A DNA stretch of 64,000 nucleotides from an uncultured Verrucomicrobiae bacterium (GTDB lineage Bacteria; Verrucomicrobiota; Verrucomicrobiia; Limisphaerales; Palsa-1400): contig OY969763.1 of the NCBI GenBank assembly GCA_963702845.1, positions 32,001 through 96,000 on the forward strand, in the 5' to 3' direction. A model generated the notes under the pieces. It had not been told where the DNA came from. It did not search any database and worked only from the letters and a program-made list of their open reading frames with translations. Below, piece after piece: positions 54,962 through 64,000 of this stretch; position 1 is the stretch's first letter; each line of letters starts with the position of its first letter. The position numbers and the translations under genes are program-made.

Positions 54962-57190
54962 ATGAAAAAGCTTTGCCTTGGTGCTATCGCCGCCATCGTG
55001 CTGAACGTTTCTGCCTTCGCCACAGTTCAATTCAGTTCTGTTACGACCTATAGCCAGGAACAACCACTATCAACGACTTTCAGTCTCGGCCTCGTCACGC
55101 ATATTCAGGGCAACTTGCCGATGACTATCGACGTCGCCAATGTCAACGAGGCGACGTCATTTCGTATCAATGGAAATGCGATGTGGCAGGGCAACAACTT
55201 TCAGGTGCTGCTCGGTCAGGACCCCGCCTACAAGCCCGGTGCAACGAAAGCAAAGATCACTGTGCCCAGCGGTTCCGTGCAACTGAGTTGGACGGCGACG
55301 AACCTGACCTTCAGCGGGGTGCTCGTCGACAATTACTCTGCCCCTTCATTCCCGGGATTTCCGCTGATAACGCCAATCCCGTTGGATATCGCAGGTTCGT
55401 TCACGACCAACAGCAGCATCTCGGTTCACTTCCAGTATTACGATTATACGCACGTCGCGACAATCGTCGGAACCAACAAACTGGTGACCTACGCGACGAC
55501 CGGTCTTGTCTTCCCGGGATTGCCTCCGACCACGACATCCGTGACGGTGAATACTGGACAATTTCGCATCGGTGCGGACCTGCAACCGCCGATTATCAAA
55601 TTTAACTCCCCGGCGCAAAATACAGTCATCACCTCCAGCGATGTGAACATCAATGTGACGGTGTCGGACAATGTTGCTCTTGGATCAGGCCCAAGCTGGC
55701 TCGGTGGCGGTGCAGTATTGAGTTTTACGATTAATGGGTTGGCCACCTATGGTGACCCTGACACATCGCCTGGCGGCCCCACGACTCACGCGATTAACTT
55801 CAACAGTCTCTTAAATCCGGGAACGAACGTGATCACGTTTATTGCTGCTGATTCCTCGGGCAACCTGGGCACCAACACCATGGTTCTGTTCTTTTCCGAA
55901 AAATCGCCGATTACGTTGGCCACAGTGGGTGTCGGTTCGATCACAGGTGTGACCAACGGCCAGCAGTTATACACCGGGCGCAATTACACGGTGGTTGCGA
56001 AACCAGGCACGGGCAAAGTTTTTGCCGGTTGGACCGATGACACCGACACGTTGGTTTCGCTCAGTGCCACTTACACCTTCTCCATGCGACCGGGCTTAAC
56101 TCTCACCGGATCATTCGTTGATACACCTTTCGCGTCGGTTGCCGGTTCCTACTTCGGCTACTTTCAGGCACACGGATTTACGGCGACGCCGGGAACCATC
56201 GGTGGCGTGAAGTTAACCGTTACCTCGTCTGGGACGTTCAGTGGAACGCTCACGAGCGGGGCCGGTTCGGGGGCATTCACGGGGACGTTTGATTATTACA
56301 CCAATGGCATTCAGCAGGGGCAGGCGTCAGTTGTCACACCGTCATCAACCAACCGCGTCGATTTGCAAATTGTCACTGATCCAAACCAAGACAATTACGG
56401 TGTCGTGCAAGGGCAGGTTTTGTTCGGCAATACCATCGGAGTTAAAACCATTAGGCCAAACAGCCTGGGCTACTATGCAGATTTGAATGCGGGGCGTGCG
56501 ACCAATGCGTCGGTTTTACCCGGCGGCGCTGGCACATACCACTTCTTGGTCAACACCGCGACGAACGACGTTAATTTCCCCAGCGGGTATGGGTTCGGCA
56601 CGGTAACGGTCGCAGCAAACGGAACTGTGACTGGCTCGATTACTCTGCCAGACGGCGACGCGCCGATGGCCACATTCTCGTCGCAACTGGTTTACACTGG
56701 TTACCTACCGGTGTTTGTGCCGCTCTATAATAAAGGCGGCGGCTTTGTCATGGGCGCAAACCTTGGGCTCGTGCAGACCAATGGAGATTCGATCAACGTT
56801 GCCACCGCAGTATGGGTAAAGGCTGCAGGAAAGAAGTTTTATCCCAACGGATTCGTTACAAGCCCTGACGTATTTGCGGCACGGTTTATCAGTACGCCAA
56901 AAAACGTGCCTTTTGGTTATGATGAAGTATTTTCACCAGAAGTGAATTTCAGTACGTCGTTGGGCATGACGAACGGTGTGTTCGGCGAAAATGCGGGAGA
57001 CATAACGCACGTTAAAGGAACGATCGGGGTTTCCGGCGTGATCGCTGGCACTTTCCTCGATGCCGGGATTTCGCGATCATTCAAAGCGCTGGTGGTGCCG
57101 ACTTCATCCACTGGCTTGGACGGTTACGGGTTTTTCGTTCGGTCAAATCAAACCGGAGCCATTCACCTCGGCTTCTCTTCGGTGCCTTAA
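54962..57190 (+). CDS. Large secreted beta-rich hypothetical protein (Ig-like and InlB-B-like segment)
   Basis: Signal peptide MKKLCLGAIAA; LNPGTNVITFIAADSSGN Ig-like motif; AKPGTGKVFAGW B-repeat-like motif; Gly/Thr-rich. Confidence 0.65.
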   Translation: MKKLCLGAIAAIVLNVSAFATVQFSSVTTYSQEQPLSTTFSLGLVTHIQGNLPMTIDVANVNEATSFRINGNAMWQGNNFQVLLGQDPAYKPGATKAKITVPSGSVQLSWTATNLTFSGVLVDNYSAPSFPGFPLITPIPLDIAGSFTTNSSISVHFQYYDYTHVATIVGTNKLVTYATTGLVFPGLPPTTTSVTVNTGQFRIGADLQPPIIKFNSPAQNTVITSSDVNINVTVSDNVALGSGPSWLGGGAVLSFTINGLATYGDPDTSPGGPTTHAINFNSLLNPGTNVITFIAADSSGNLGTNTMVLFFSEKSPITLATVGVGSITGVTNGQQLYTGRNYTVVAKPGTGKVFAGWTDDTDTLVSLSATYTFSMRPGLTLTGSFVDTPFASVAGSYFGYFQAHGFTATPGTIGGVKLTVTSSGTFSGTLTSGAGSGAFTGTFDYYTNGIQQGQASVVTPSSTNRVDLQIVTDPNQDNYGVVQGQVLFGNTIGVKTIRPNSLGYYADLNAGRATNASVLPGGAGTYHFLVNTATNDVNFPSGYGFGTVTVAANGTVTGSITLPDGDAPMATFSSQLVYTGYLPVFVPLYNKGGGFVMGANLGLVQTNGDSINVATAVWVKAAGKKFYPNGFVTSPDVFAARFISTPKNVPFGYDEVFSPEVNFSTSLGMTNGVFGENAGDITHVKGTIGVSGVIAGTFLDAGISRSFKALVVPTSSTGLDGYGFFVRSNQTGAIHLGFSSVP

Positions 57191-58083
57191 CCGACGAGAG
57201 CGTCAATCATGGGCTTGGCGCGTTCTCGAATACGTTGAAGCGTTGCTTCTTCGTCGCGGCAGATTGGCTGTCGGCTTTTGCCGAGGTCGAAACCACGCGT
57301 GCTCAACACGGCGCGGAAGCCATCGGGAAAATTCGACGCCGTGTGCATCAGGTTGATTAACTCGAGCAACCTGAAATGCAGCTCGCGAGCCGCATCCCAT
57401 TTTTTATCCAGGAACAAGCGATATAACTTGAACGAAGCTTCGGGAACGATGCCCGACACAGCAACGGTCCCGCCGTCTGCGCCCATGAACATGGCTGGCA
57501 ACAGGACTTCTTCGCATCCACTCATAATACTGAAGTCAGCTCGAACGGCTTTGACCTGTCGCAGCAACGTGAGGAACCGCGTGAAATCGCGCGAGCTATC
57601 TTTGATGCCCACGATACGCGGAAATTCCAACGCAAGACGTTTCACGCTGCCTAACGCAATTTCATTTGAGTGTTGCGGGATGTTGTAAAGGACGATGTCA
57701 ATTGGCGTCTTGGCGACCAGTTCGCGAAAGAACTGTTCAACGCTCTCAGCGCTGATGCGATGGTAATATGGCCCGGTCACGGAAATCGCGATGCAGCCCA
57801 GGTCCCGATACATTTTTGCCGCGTCAACAATCATATCGATATTTGGTTCCGCTGCGCCGGCCATAACCGGAACGCGACCGCGACATTCTTCGACGACAAC
57901 CTTCACGACGCGGCGGCGTTCTTCCGGGCTGAGCCGAATGAATTCGCCGGTGCTGCCATTTGGGTAAAGGCCATTGACACCGTTTTCGATGAGCCAATTG
58001 ATGAGACGGCGCAGTTCGGGTTCGTTGATCGCGCCGGTATCGGTGAACGGGACCAGGTGTGGGGTGAAAATGCCTTTGATCAT
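57187..58083 (-). CDS. Dihydrodipicolinate synthase / N-acetylneuraminate lyase family protein
   Basis: Start MIKGIFTP; NGSTGE, PYY, LYNIP, IVGIKDSS. Confidence 0.85.
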   Translation of the reverse strand: MIKGIFTPHLVPFTDTGAINEPELRRLINWLIENGVNGLYPNGSTGEFIRLSPEERRRVVKVVVEECRGRVPVMAGAAEPNIDMIVDAAKMYRDLGCIAISVTGPYYHRISAESVEQFFRELVAKTPIDIVLYNIPQHSNEIALGSVKRLALEFPRIVGIKDSSRDFTRFLTLLRQVKAVRADFSIMSGCEEVLLPAMFMGADGGTVAVSGIVPEASFKLYRLFLDKKWDAARELHFRLLELINLMHTASNFPDGFRAVLSTRGFDLGKSRQPICRDEEATLQRIRERAKPMIDALVG

Positions 58084-58090
58084 AAAAAGT

Positions 58091-59557
58091 TCAGACGCGC
58101 TCGAAATCGATGAAGCCATTATTGGCATCGGCAAATTTGAGACTGACGCGCACTTTTTGCCCGACATCGAGGCCCTGTTCCCCGTGGATGACGCGGCCTT
58201 CGGCGGGAACGGTGAGCAGGCGCACAAACGTGCCCTTGGGCGTGGCACCTGTAACAATCGCGTCGAATTGTTCAGCAATGCGATTTCGCAGAAGCATCGC
58301 TGCAGCGACTTTCTTCATGAATCGTTCGACGTGACGCGCGGCGGTTTCGCGATCGTTGCAGTGCGCGGCAATTTTGCTCAGTTCCTCTTCACCGATGGGC
58401 GCGGCGGACCCACACGCCTGTTTAACCAGACGTTGCATGACGAGATCAGCGTAACGCCGATTCGGCGCTGTTGAATGGGTGTAGTCGTGGACTGCCAGAC
58501 CGAAGTGCCCTTCTTGTTCCTGGCCGGCTTTTTCGACGATGTATTCGCCGGGACCGAGTGACTTTAGAACTGCGAGTGACAACTCGGGAAAGCGAACCGG
58601 ATCTTCTTGTTTTTGTTTTGCGAGGAATGCGCTCAACGCGCCGGGATCAGGTGCGTCGGGCAGCTCCGTGCCTTTTTCTGCTGCGATAGCCTGAATTCGA
58701 TCCCACCGTTTCGGCGTGCGCACGACACGACGAATGGCAAGACAACCGCGTTCGCGCAGGTGACGGGCCATCGAGACATTTGCAGCCACCATGAAACTTT
58801 CGATAATGTCGCGCGCGGGGTTGGCTTCAACTTTTTCGAAGCCCGTAACTTCGTTGTTCACAACGAGCGGGATGTTTTCAACCCCGCCCAGCGTGAGGGC
58901 GCCGTGCGTTTTGCGGAAATCGATCAGGCGCTGGCTCGCTTCGCGTTGAAGCCGGAGTTGCGCAATGGTTTCATCGCCGACCGGAAAACTCGCCGGCGAA
59001 GGTGCGTTGCCATCGAGCCATTTGCCGACTTCGTCGTAGTTCAATTTCGCCCGGTTGCGGACCTGCGCGGGATAGACGTCCACCCCTTGCACATCGCCAT
59101 CGTTGCAGGTGTGAAACTCGATAATGACCGCGACCCGATCAGCGTCTTGCTTCAGCGACGTGAGATCGGTGGAAAGGTGCTCCGGCAGCATTGGGAAGGT
59201 TGGGCCGCCGGTGTAAACGGACGTTGCATTAAACGCAGCGTGTCCATCAAGTTTCGTGCCCCGTTGCACGACGGCATCTACGTCAGCAATTCCGACGAGC
59301 ACACGGATGGAACCGTCGCTCTGGCGTTCAGCCCATTCGATTTGGTCGAGATCGCGCGATTGTGTGTTGTCGATCGAAGACCAGGCGAGGGCACGAAGGT
59401 CTTTGCACGTCGGACAACTCGCGGCTTTGGCGCCATTGGCTTCAGCCGTGACCTCAGCAGGAAAATCAGGACGAAAACCGTCGTGGATCATCGCGTCATG
59501 CGCGCGACGTTGAAAATCAGGATTACTCACGCCGTGTAGGCTAAACGTTGGCTGCAA
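58091..59557 (-). CDS. RNB-domain exoribonuclease (RNase II/R family)
   Basis: SIDNTQSRDLDQ, IADV, IESFMVAAN, HFGLA, HSTAPNRRYADL, C-terminal S1. Confidence 0.9.
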   Translation of the reverse strand: MQPTFSLHGVSNPDFQRRAHDAMIHDGFRPDFPAEVTAEANGAKAASCPTCKDLRALAWSSIDNTQSRDLDQIEWAERQSDGSIRVLVGIADVDAVVQRGTKLDGHAAFNATSVYTGGPTFPMLPEHLSTDLTSLKQDADRVAVIIEFHTCNDGDVQGVDVYPAQVRNRAKLNYDEVGKWLDGNAPSPASFPVGDETIAQLRLQREASQRLIDFRKTHGALTLGGVENIPLVVNNEVTGFEKVEANPARDIIESFMVAANVSMARHLRERGCLAIRRVVRTPKRWDRIQAIAAEKGTELPDAPDPGALSAFLAKQKQEDPVRFPELSLAVLKSLGPGEYIVEKAGQEQEGHFGLAVHDYTHSTAPNRRYADLVMQRLVKQACGSAAPIGEEELSKIAAHCNDRETAARHVERFMKKVAAAMLLRNRIAEQFDAIVTGATPKGTFVRLLTVPAEGRVIHGEQGLDVGQKVRVSLKFADANNGFIDFERV

Positions 59558-59609
59558 TTGGCTAAAGTGGAAAACGACGGAGAGATGAGCTCCACACTCA
59601 AGGCAGAAC

Positions 59610-59631
59610 TGGAGCCAGTTGCCGGACTTGA
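59610..59631 (-). repeat. 3' fragment of tRNA-Thr (att core of an integrated island)
   Basis: Minus strand TCAAGTCCGGCAACTGGCTCCA = T-loop, T-stem, acceptor strand (pairs with GCCAGTT), U73 and CCA. The 5' part of the tRNA is absent. Confidence 0.8.
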
Positions 59632-59738
59632 GGTGCCTTCACCGATTCAGTGTGAAGAGAATAACTGGTTTCCCTAGGAAAGTCAAAGAATATTTGACTA
59701 AACTCGGTCACTATTTTTCCAAATTTCGCATAACTTTT

Positions 59739-59939
59739 ACTGACAGTTTGACTGACACTTTTTTGAACTTTTTGCACCCCGGAATGGCCGGTTTCGAACA
59801 GGCGGCCTTCTTTTTGACCCCTTTTCACCCTCGAACTGATGCTTCCACTGACAATTGCACTGACAGTTTTTACACCTCTTGGAATGGCTGCTCTCAAACA
59901 GGCGGCCTTTCGAACACCCCTGTCAGTGAAAGTGTCAGT
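59739..59939. repeat. Arm-type tyrosine-integrase-like binding sites (ACTGACA pairs, 12-bp period)
   Basis: ACTGACA at 59739, 59751, 59847 and 59859, a degenerate copy at 59835, and inverted TGTCAGT at 59921 and 59933. Confidence 0.7.
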
Positions 59940-59958
59940 TAGCATAGGTACCGATAAC

Positions 59959-60054
59959 TAAGTCCATCGCCAAGCCTGTGAGACGTTCGAGGTTAATCGG
60001 CCTCTTCCTCCTGCTCGGTTTCATCGTCCTCGTCCACAGTGAAGTCCCGCGTCG
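59959..60054. repeat. Imperfect ~95-bp direct repeat, copy 1 (copy 2 at 60620-60716)
   Basis: Shared taagtccatcgccaa...gtgagacgttcga...cctcctgctcggt.tcatcgtcctc.tccacag.gaagtc.cgcgt. Confidence 0.85.
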
Positions 60055-60078
60055 GAGTAGCGAGTGTCGGTTTAATCT

Positions 60079-60570
60079 CTAAATTTCGCTTATGTCCGCC
60101 CATAGTGGCTCAAGCTCGTAATCGCCCAGAGCCATCAGCCTGATTTCGGGACAGTCGCTCAAATCGATTGCCTTTTCGAGCCAATCAAACGCGGCTTTTA
60201 AGTTGCCGAGTTTGCACTCGCAACACGCGAGATTGTACCGCATCGACCAATCGTCGGGGAATCTATCCACAACAGGCAACAACATATCGCGCGCCTCTGC
60301 CGGGTGGTGCACGCGCAACCTATAAGCCGTCTGGATTGGATCACCATGAGCCATGTCGCGAGCAAGGCTTAATGCGTGACCCAATTTTTGCGTCTTCTCG
60401 TATATGCGGGCACGCATCATCAAAACTTCAGCCCCCGCACGCGACGCCGGAGAGATGCGGTCTAGTTCATCGTTCGCTTCGCTCCAGTTGCCTAAGCCAA
60501 TCCAGCCTTTGGCGGCTTCTAAATGTCGGCGGTCGTCTAAATCCACAGGCAGCGATTTTGACAGCGACAC
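60079..60570 (-). CDS. TPR-repeat protein
   Basis: HLEAAKGWIGLG...EANDEL and YNLACCECKLGNLKAAFDWLEKAI TPR motifs. Confidence 0.75.
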   Translation of the reverse strand: MSLSKSLPVDLDDRRHLEAAKGWIGLGNWSEANDELDRISPASRAGAEVLMMRARIYEKTQKLGHALSLARDMAHGDPIQTAYRLRVHHPAEARDMLLPVVDRFPDDWSMRYNLACCECKLGNLKAAFDWLEKAIDLSDCPEIRLMALGDYELEPLWADISEI

Positions 60571-60653
60571 GCCTAAGCGAAAACAAAAAAGAGCGAGCCG
60601 GTTGCTAAGTATCTATTGGTAAGTCCATCGCCAATGTCGTGAGACGTTCGAAT

Positions 60654-61877
60654 TTAAGCGGTGTCCTCCTCCTGCTCGGTGTCATCGTCCTCATCCACAG
60701 CGAAGTCGCGCGTTGGCGGATACGGTCCGCCAAACGGAACCGCAGCCGGATCGAAGGTGCCGTCAATTGCTGGGTCGGGATAACCGACGGTGAATGGCGA
60801 TTTTGCGGCGGCGATTTCCCTGGCCCACGTCATCCAAGCGGTCTGGTCTGACGAGAGTTCGGGCGATTGCGTTTTCCATCGGCGTCCGCACTCGTCAATG
60901 AATTGGAGCAAGGCGCAGCTTCGTCGCCAACGTTTTGCTGCATTGCGTAAAGTTACCTCGCGCGCGTGCGCAGTGTCGACAAGTGCCTCGGCGTGTTGGC
61001 GTTCTTTTTCTTTTTGCCGGCGGATTGCTTCTTCTATTTCCGCTTTCTTTCGGCGCTCCAACCATTCTGCATGCTCCTTGGCTCTCTGGATGGCTTCCTG
61101 TTCCTGGCGCACTTGAATATCTAAGTAGTATTGGCGGAGACCGGCGACGATTTGAGATAAACATTTTTCCAACGGGACCTTGGCGGTTTCAAACCATTCT
61201 TTGGTGCCCTGCGAGCCAAACCAACTTGGCTTGAATGAAAAGGTCAGGTATCCCGATGGTTTTGGGCCCCGCTCTGTCGAACGGTAGGACGGAACGCTCG
61301 CCCTCGTACCGTCGGGCAAGACAAGATACTCAGCGATTTCCAGATATAACCGGTCGCGACTCCTTTCAAAGTAGCCGCCTTGGTACATACCGTGATATTT
61401 CCGGAACCGAATACCGATTGGTTCGAATTCCTTGAGCAACACGTGGAACGCATGCGCAACACGCTCGGCTAGGTTTTTCGAGACTGTTACCTCCGGGAAT
61501 ATTGTTTCCTTAAGGTGCGCGCGCCTGTTGTCGTCAAGTTTGGCTTTGGTGATCGCCGTCATTAGCTCGGACGCCAAAGGAAGCAAGGGTTCGCCCGGTG
61601 CCGGCAAATTCAGAACCTTTGGAACACGACGCTGCGCCTGTTGTTTAAACAGCTCGTCTGGCATCGGCGGTAGCGGCGCCTTTCGTGGGTTCTTCCCCGC
61701 GGCGATTTTTGCCCAGTAGCCACGCGAGGGACGCGGGACATTCAGTCTCTTGCAGCGTTTGGCGATGGCGACGTCTGAGATCCCGAAGTCGGTGGAGAGA
61801 TTGCTGACGGGCGTGGACCAGACCAGATCGTAGAGTTCGGTTCGAGAATAGTCGTCGATTTTACGAGTGATACTCAT
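60654..61877 (-). CDS. Mobile-element-associated N-terminal HTH protein
   Basis: SRTELYDLVWSTP...FGISDVAIAKRCKRLNVPRPSRGYWAK N-terminus; C-terminal coiled coil, WMTWA, acidic tail. Confidence 0.7.
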   Translation of the reverse strand: MSITRKIDDYSRTELYDLVWSTPVSNLSTDFGISDVAIAKRCKRLNVPRPSRGYWAKIAAGKNPRKAPLPPMPDELFKQQAQRRVPKVLNLPAPGEPLLPLASELMTAITKAKLDDNRRAHLKETIFPEVTVSKNLAERVAHAFHVLLKEFEPIGIRFRKYHGMYQGGYFERSRDRLYLEIAEYLVLPDGTRASVPSYRSTERGPKPSGYLTFSFKPSWFGSQGTKEWFETAKVPLEKCLSQIVAGLRQYYLDIQVRQEQEAIQRAKEHAEWLERRKKAEIEEAIRRQKEKERQHAEALVDTAHAREVTLRNAAKRWRRSCALLQFIDECGRRWKTQSPELSSDQTAWMTWAREIAAAKSPFTVGYPDPAIDGTFDPAAVPFGGPYPPTRDFAVDEDDDTEQEEDTA

Positions 61878-62091
61878 TGTAGCCTCAACATACTCGCCAA
61901 CGACAAAGCGCCACAAACGTCACGTCCCGCACTTTTTTCTGCACACGCGCTGCCGGCGCTAGAGGCCAGATGCACGAAAAGGTAATACTCTAGATGCTAT
62001 CTTCGTCGGTAGTCATTTCTAACGCTTTTAAGGGGTAAGCGCAGCCATTTGCATGCGGTAAGAGATCGCCCGGTCTATGATTGATCGATTA

Positions 62092-63258
62092 TTACCTCTC
62101 AAGATCAATACTCGCTCTGAGGTTTTCGATTTTGGCGCATGACCACAAGACCTTCGTAGATAGTACGTTGACCTGCGGCTTTAGGTCTTTAAGCTTTGCC
62201 TTCGATCGTTCAACGGCCTGGACGTTCCATTTGTACTCCGTTTGCGCACCCGCTAGCAGATGTTCAAGTTCGTTAGTATGGGCCAACGTTTTTGGTGCAA
62301 TCGGAGCGTTCTCGGTTACCGGCGGCCGCATTCTCAAGTTCTCGATTTCATCCGTAAGTGCTCGAATCGATTCTTTCAATTGGATAATGCGCTTTTCGGC
62401 AGCCTGTTTTTCGGCTTCCGTCAACTTCACCCTAGCGAGCAGGTTGGTCAATTCGTGCTGTTCCAGCGAGAGTTCCCGGGCCTGTTTCGACAGCTTTAGA
62501 AGATATTGGCGAAAGCTGTCGTCGATATGGAGCTTAGCGTAGCCGTAATAGAACGCGCTGGGATCTTGCAAAATGAATTCAGACGCACTGATCTTCTGAA
62601 ACTGCAATCCTGCGGATTTTGCTGCAATTTCAATTTCTGCAAAGTTGGAGAATGCGGTGTGGCTAGTTGCGCGGTAATCAACGCCCTGCAGTTGCAAAAC
62701 ACCCGACAGTGTAGATGTTTCTGGCGATGCCAAGTCGCTCAGGAGCTGAGTTTCATCGTGCTGAATTGGGTCGATTGATCGAAGCCTCTCGTTCATAGCC
62801 CCTTCTGGCTTCATAAAGAGCTTAGCTTTTTCCACCGACAGTGTGGTTTCGTCGTATGTTGCGTGTGCTATGCTCAGCAAGATCGACGCCACGCGTGGAT
62901 TGACCAACGGAGCCTTAATCGAGGCCAACGCGCTGAGACGAATGCCAGACACGATGCTGAGAGTTTCATGGGGAAGGCTTAATGGCTGGTCTTGAACATC
63001 TTTAAAGAGGCGATCGGCTGTGTATCTCAAGTGTTCGATTGTACCGTCCCGGGGGACGCGAAGAATGGTTCCAGCACCATAACCGTCGTTGTAGACACGA
63101 AAGGGAATGATGCGGAATTGCTGGCGCAGTGTAGTATTAAACTTTTCCACCGGTGACGAGCAACCGGACACCAAAACGCATGCAAGCATAGCGGTGGCGG
63201 CGCCGCTCCAGTGGAGAAAGGCGCGGATGATTTGGCGATTGCGAATAGTTTTCTTCAT
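62092..63258 (-). CDS. Hypothetical lipoprotein with C-terminal coiled coil
   Basis: Lipobox VLVSGC; 388-aa ORF with heptad-rich C-terminal third. Confidence 0.6.
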   Translation of the reverse strand: MKKTIRNRQIIRAFLHWSGAATAMLACVLVSGCSSPVEKFNTTLRQQFRIIPFRVYNDGYGAGTILRVPRDGTIEHLRYTADRLFKDVQDQPLSLPHETLSIVSGIRLSALASIKAPLVNPRVASILLSIAHATYDETTLSVEKAKLFMKPEGAMNERLRSIDPIQHDETQLLSDLASPETSTLSGVLQLQGVDYRATSHTAFSNFAEIEIAAKSAGLQFQKISASEFILQDPSAFYYGYAKLHIDDSFRQYLLKLSKQARELSLEQHELTNLLARVKLTEAEKQAAEKRIIQLKESIRALTDEIENLRMRPPVTENAPIAPKTLAHTNELEHLLAGAQTEYKWNVQAVERSKAKLKDLKPQVNVLSTKVLWSCAKIENLRASIDLER

Positions 63259-63430
63259 AAGCTCAACATTTAAAAACTTTCAACTAACATCATCGTGTAT
63301 GATGTAAACCTCATTTAGTGTCAAGTGAATCACGTTATGCAATAATGTTAATTGTGCGTAATGTCCTATGTATTAGAAAAATATAGATTGCATTTTTGAT
63401 GTAATATTTTTATTGTCTCCCTCGCAATCT

Positions 63431-64000
63431 ATGACGCTTGATTCTCATGAAGCTCTGCAAAAAGAACTCGACGAATTGCTAACCATTTGTCAGTTAAAGG
63501 AATGGGGAAACACTGAGCGGCAGCGGCTGAAGGATTTTCGCACGGCAATTGGTGCCGGCGTTCCAGAAATTGCACTGGCGCTCGACGTTACGCCGGCGAC
63601 TGTGAGGTGGTGGGAGCGCCAGACCGGTGATCAAGAGGAGCGCAGCGCGCCGCCGCCAATCGATAAGGTTAGGCGGTTTGGGGATTTGATTCTGGAGAGG
63701 AAGCTTCGTGCAATGTTACAACCAGGGAGGGGTGGTGCTGTCGTCGGCGCCGTATTGCAACAGGTTCGTAACTTGCAGTATGTAATGGATCGGGCGCGGG
63801 AAAGCAGCCGGTTTTGGGTATTTCGTTTCGGATGCGCTTTCAACTCCGGGATTGATGATGGAGTGTTCAAGACTACCGTCGACTATTGGTTGCAAGCCAA
63901 GGAAAATGCCCAGTTGATTTTTGTTTACGCCGAAGCCGGCAAAGACAATCCAGAGACCGAGGTTTACAAAGCCGAGCTATCGTACCGCGGCTTTGTTAAA
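63431..64000 (+). CDS. XRE-family HTH regulator with C-terminal domain, runs off the window
   Basis: Manual translation MTLDSHEALQ...LKDFRTAIGAGVPEIALALDVTPATVRWWER..., open to the window end. Confidence 0.65.
   Translation, partial: MTLDSHEALQKELDELLTICQLKEWGNTERQRLKDFRTAIGAGVPEIALALDVTPATVRWWERQTGDQEERSAPPPIDKVRRFGDLILERKLRAMLQPGRGGAVVGAVLQQVRNLQYVMDRARESSRFWVFRFGCAFNSGIDDGVFKTTVDYWLQAKENAQLIFVYAEAGKDNPETEVYKAELSYRGFVK

Larger units (their letters stand above)
59610..64000. mobile_element. End of a tRNA-integrated genomic island, continuing beyond the window
   Basis: tRNA 3' fragment, arm-type repeats, mobile-element-type HTH gene, XRE regulator, AT-rich spacer at 63260-63430. No integrase within the window. 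Confidence 0.7.

Noticed and set aside
58607..59539. Long alternative-frame ORFs (e.g. 58607-59539, 34444-35304, 50574-51383, 10134-11012)
   Set aside because: Antisense or out-of-frame shadows of well-supported genes in GC-rich DNA; no motifs.
59610..59690. Intact tRNA gene
   Set aside because: Only the 3' 22 nt match; the adjacent sequence cannot form the 5' T-stem, anticodon arm or D arm.
59598..59945. 115-aa and 107-aa ORFs over the att region
   Set aside because: Their repetitive residues simply translate the arm-type repeats; better explained as non-coding recombination sites.

Overview
Bacterial chromosomal window, most likely from a Verrucomicrobia subdivision 3 (Pedosphaera/Limisphaerales-like) organism. 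This is inferred from the gene repertoire, a REP-like palindrome, the short AtpH/AtpE and Ig-rich secreted proteins. Core genes include ligA, ftsH, a pilC/gspF homolog, atpBEFHAG without atpD/atpC, dnaE, glnS, a ROK-gmhA-lpxK-waaF LPS operon, two-component systems, a DHDPS-family enzyme and an RNB ribonuclease. Many genes between about 30 and 47 kb, plus ligA, are broken by single-base indels; because essential genes are affected, these are most likely sequencing errors. The most interesting signals are: (1) large secreted peptidoglycan hydrolases (three tandem GH25 muramidases and a DacB/PBP4-lectin-Ig fusion) that share a ~60-aa C-terminal module with an RCC1-repeat protein, a candidate sorting signal; (2) an unnamed ~270-aa domain shared by two of these hydrolases; (3) two intergenic regions, upstream of ligA and glnS, built from blocks of four helically phased 10-bp repeats, one of them behind a promoter, hairpins and a boxA-like motif; (4) the left end of a tRNA-Thr-integrated island with arm-type integrase sites at ~59.6 kb, and a probable second integration scar with a upp fragment at 43-45.4 kb. 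No CRISPR array, intact tRNA/rRNA gene or integrase gene was seen.
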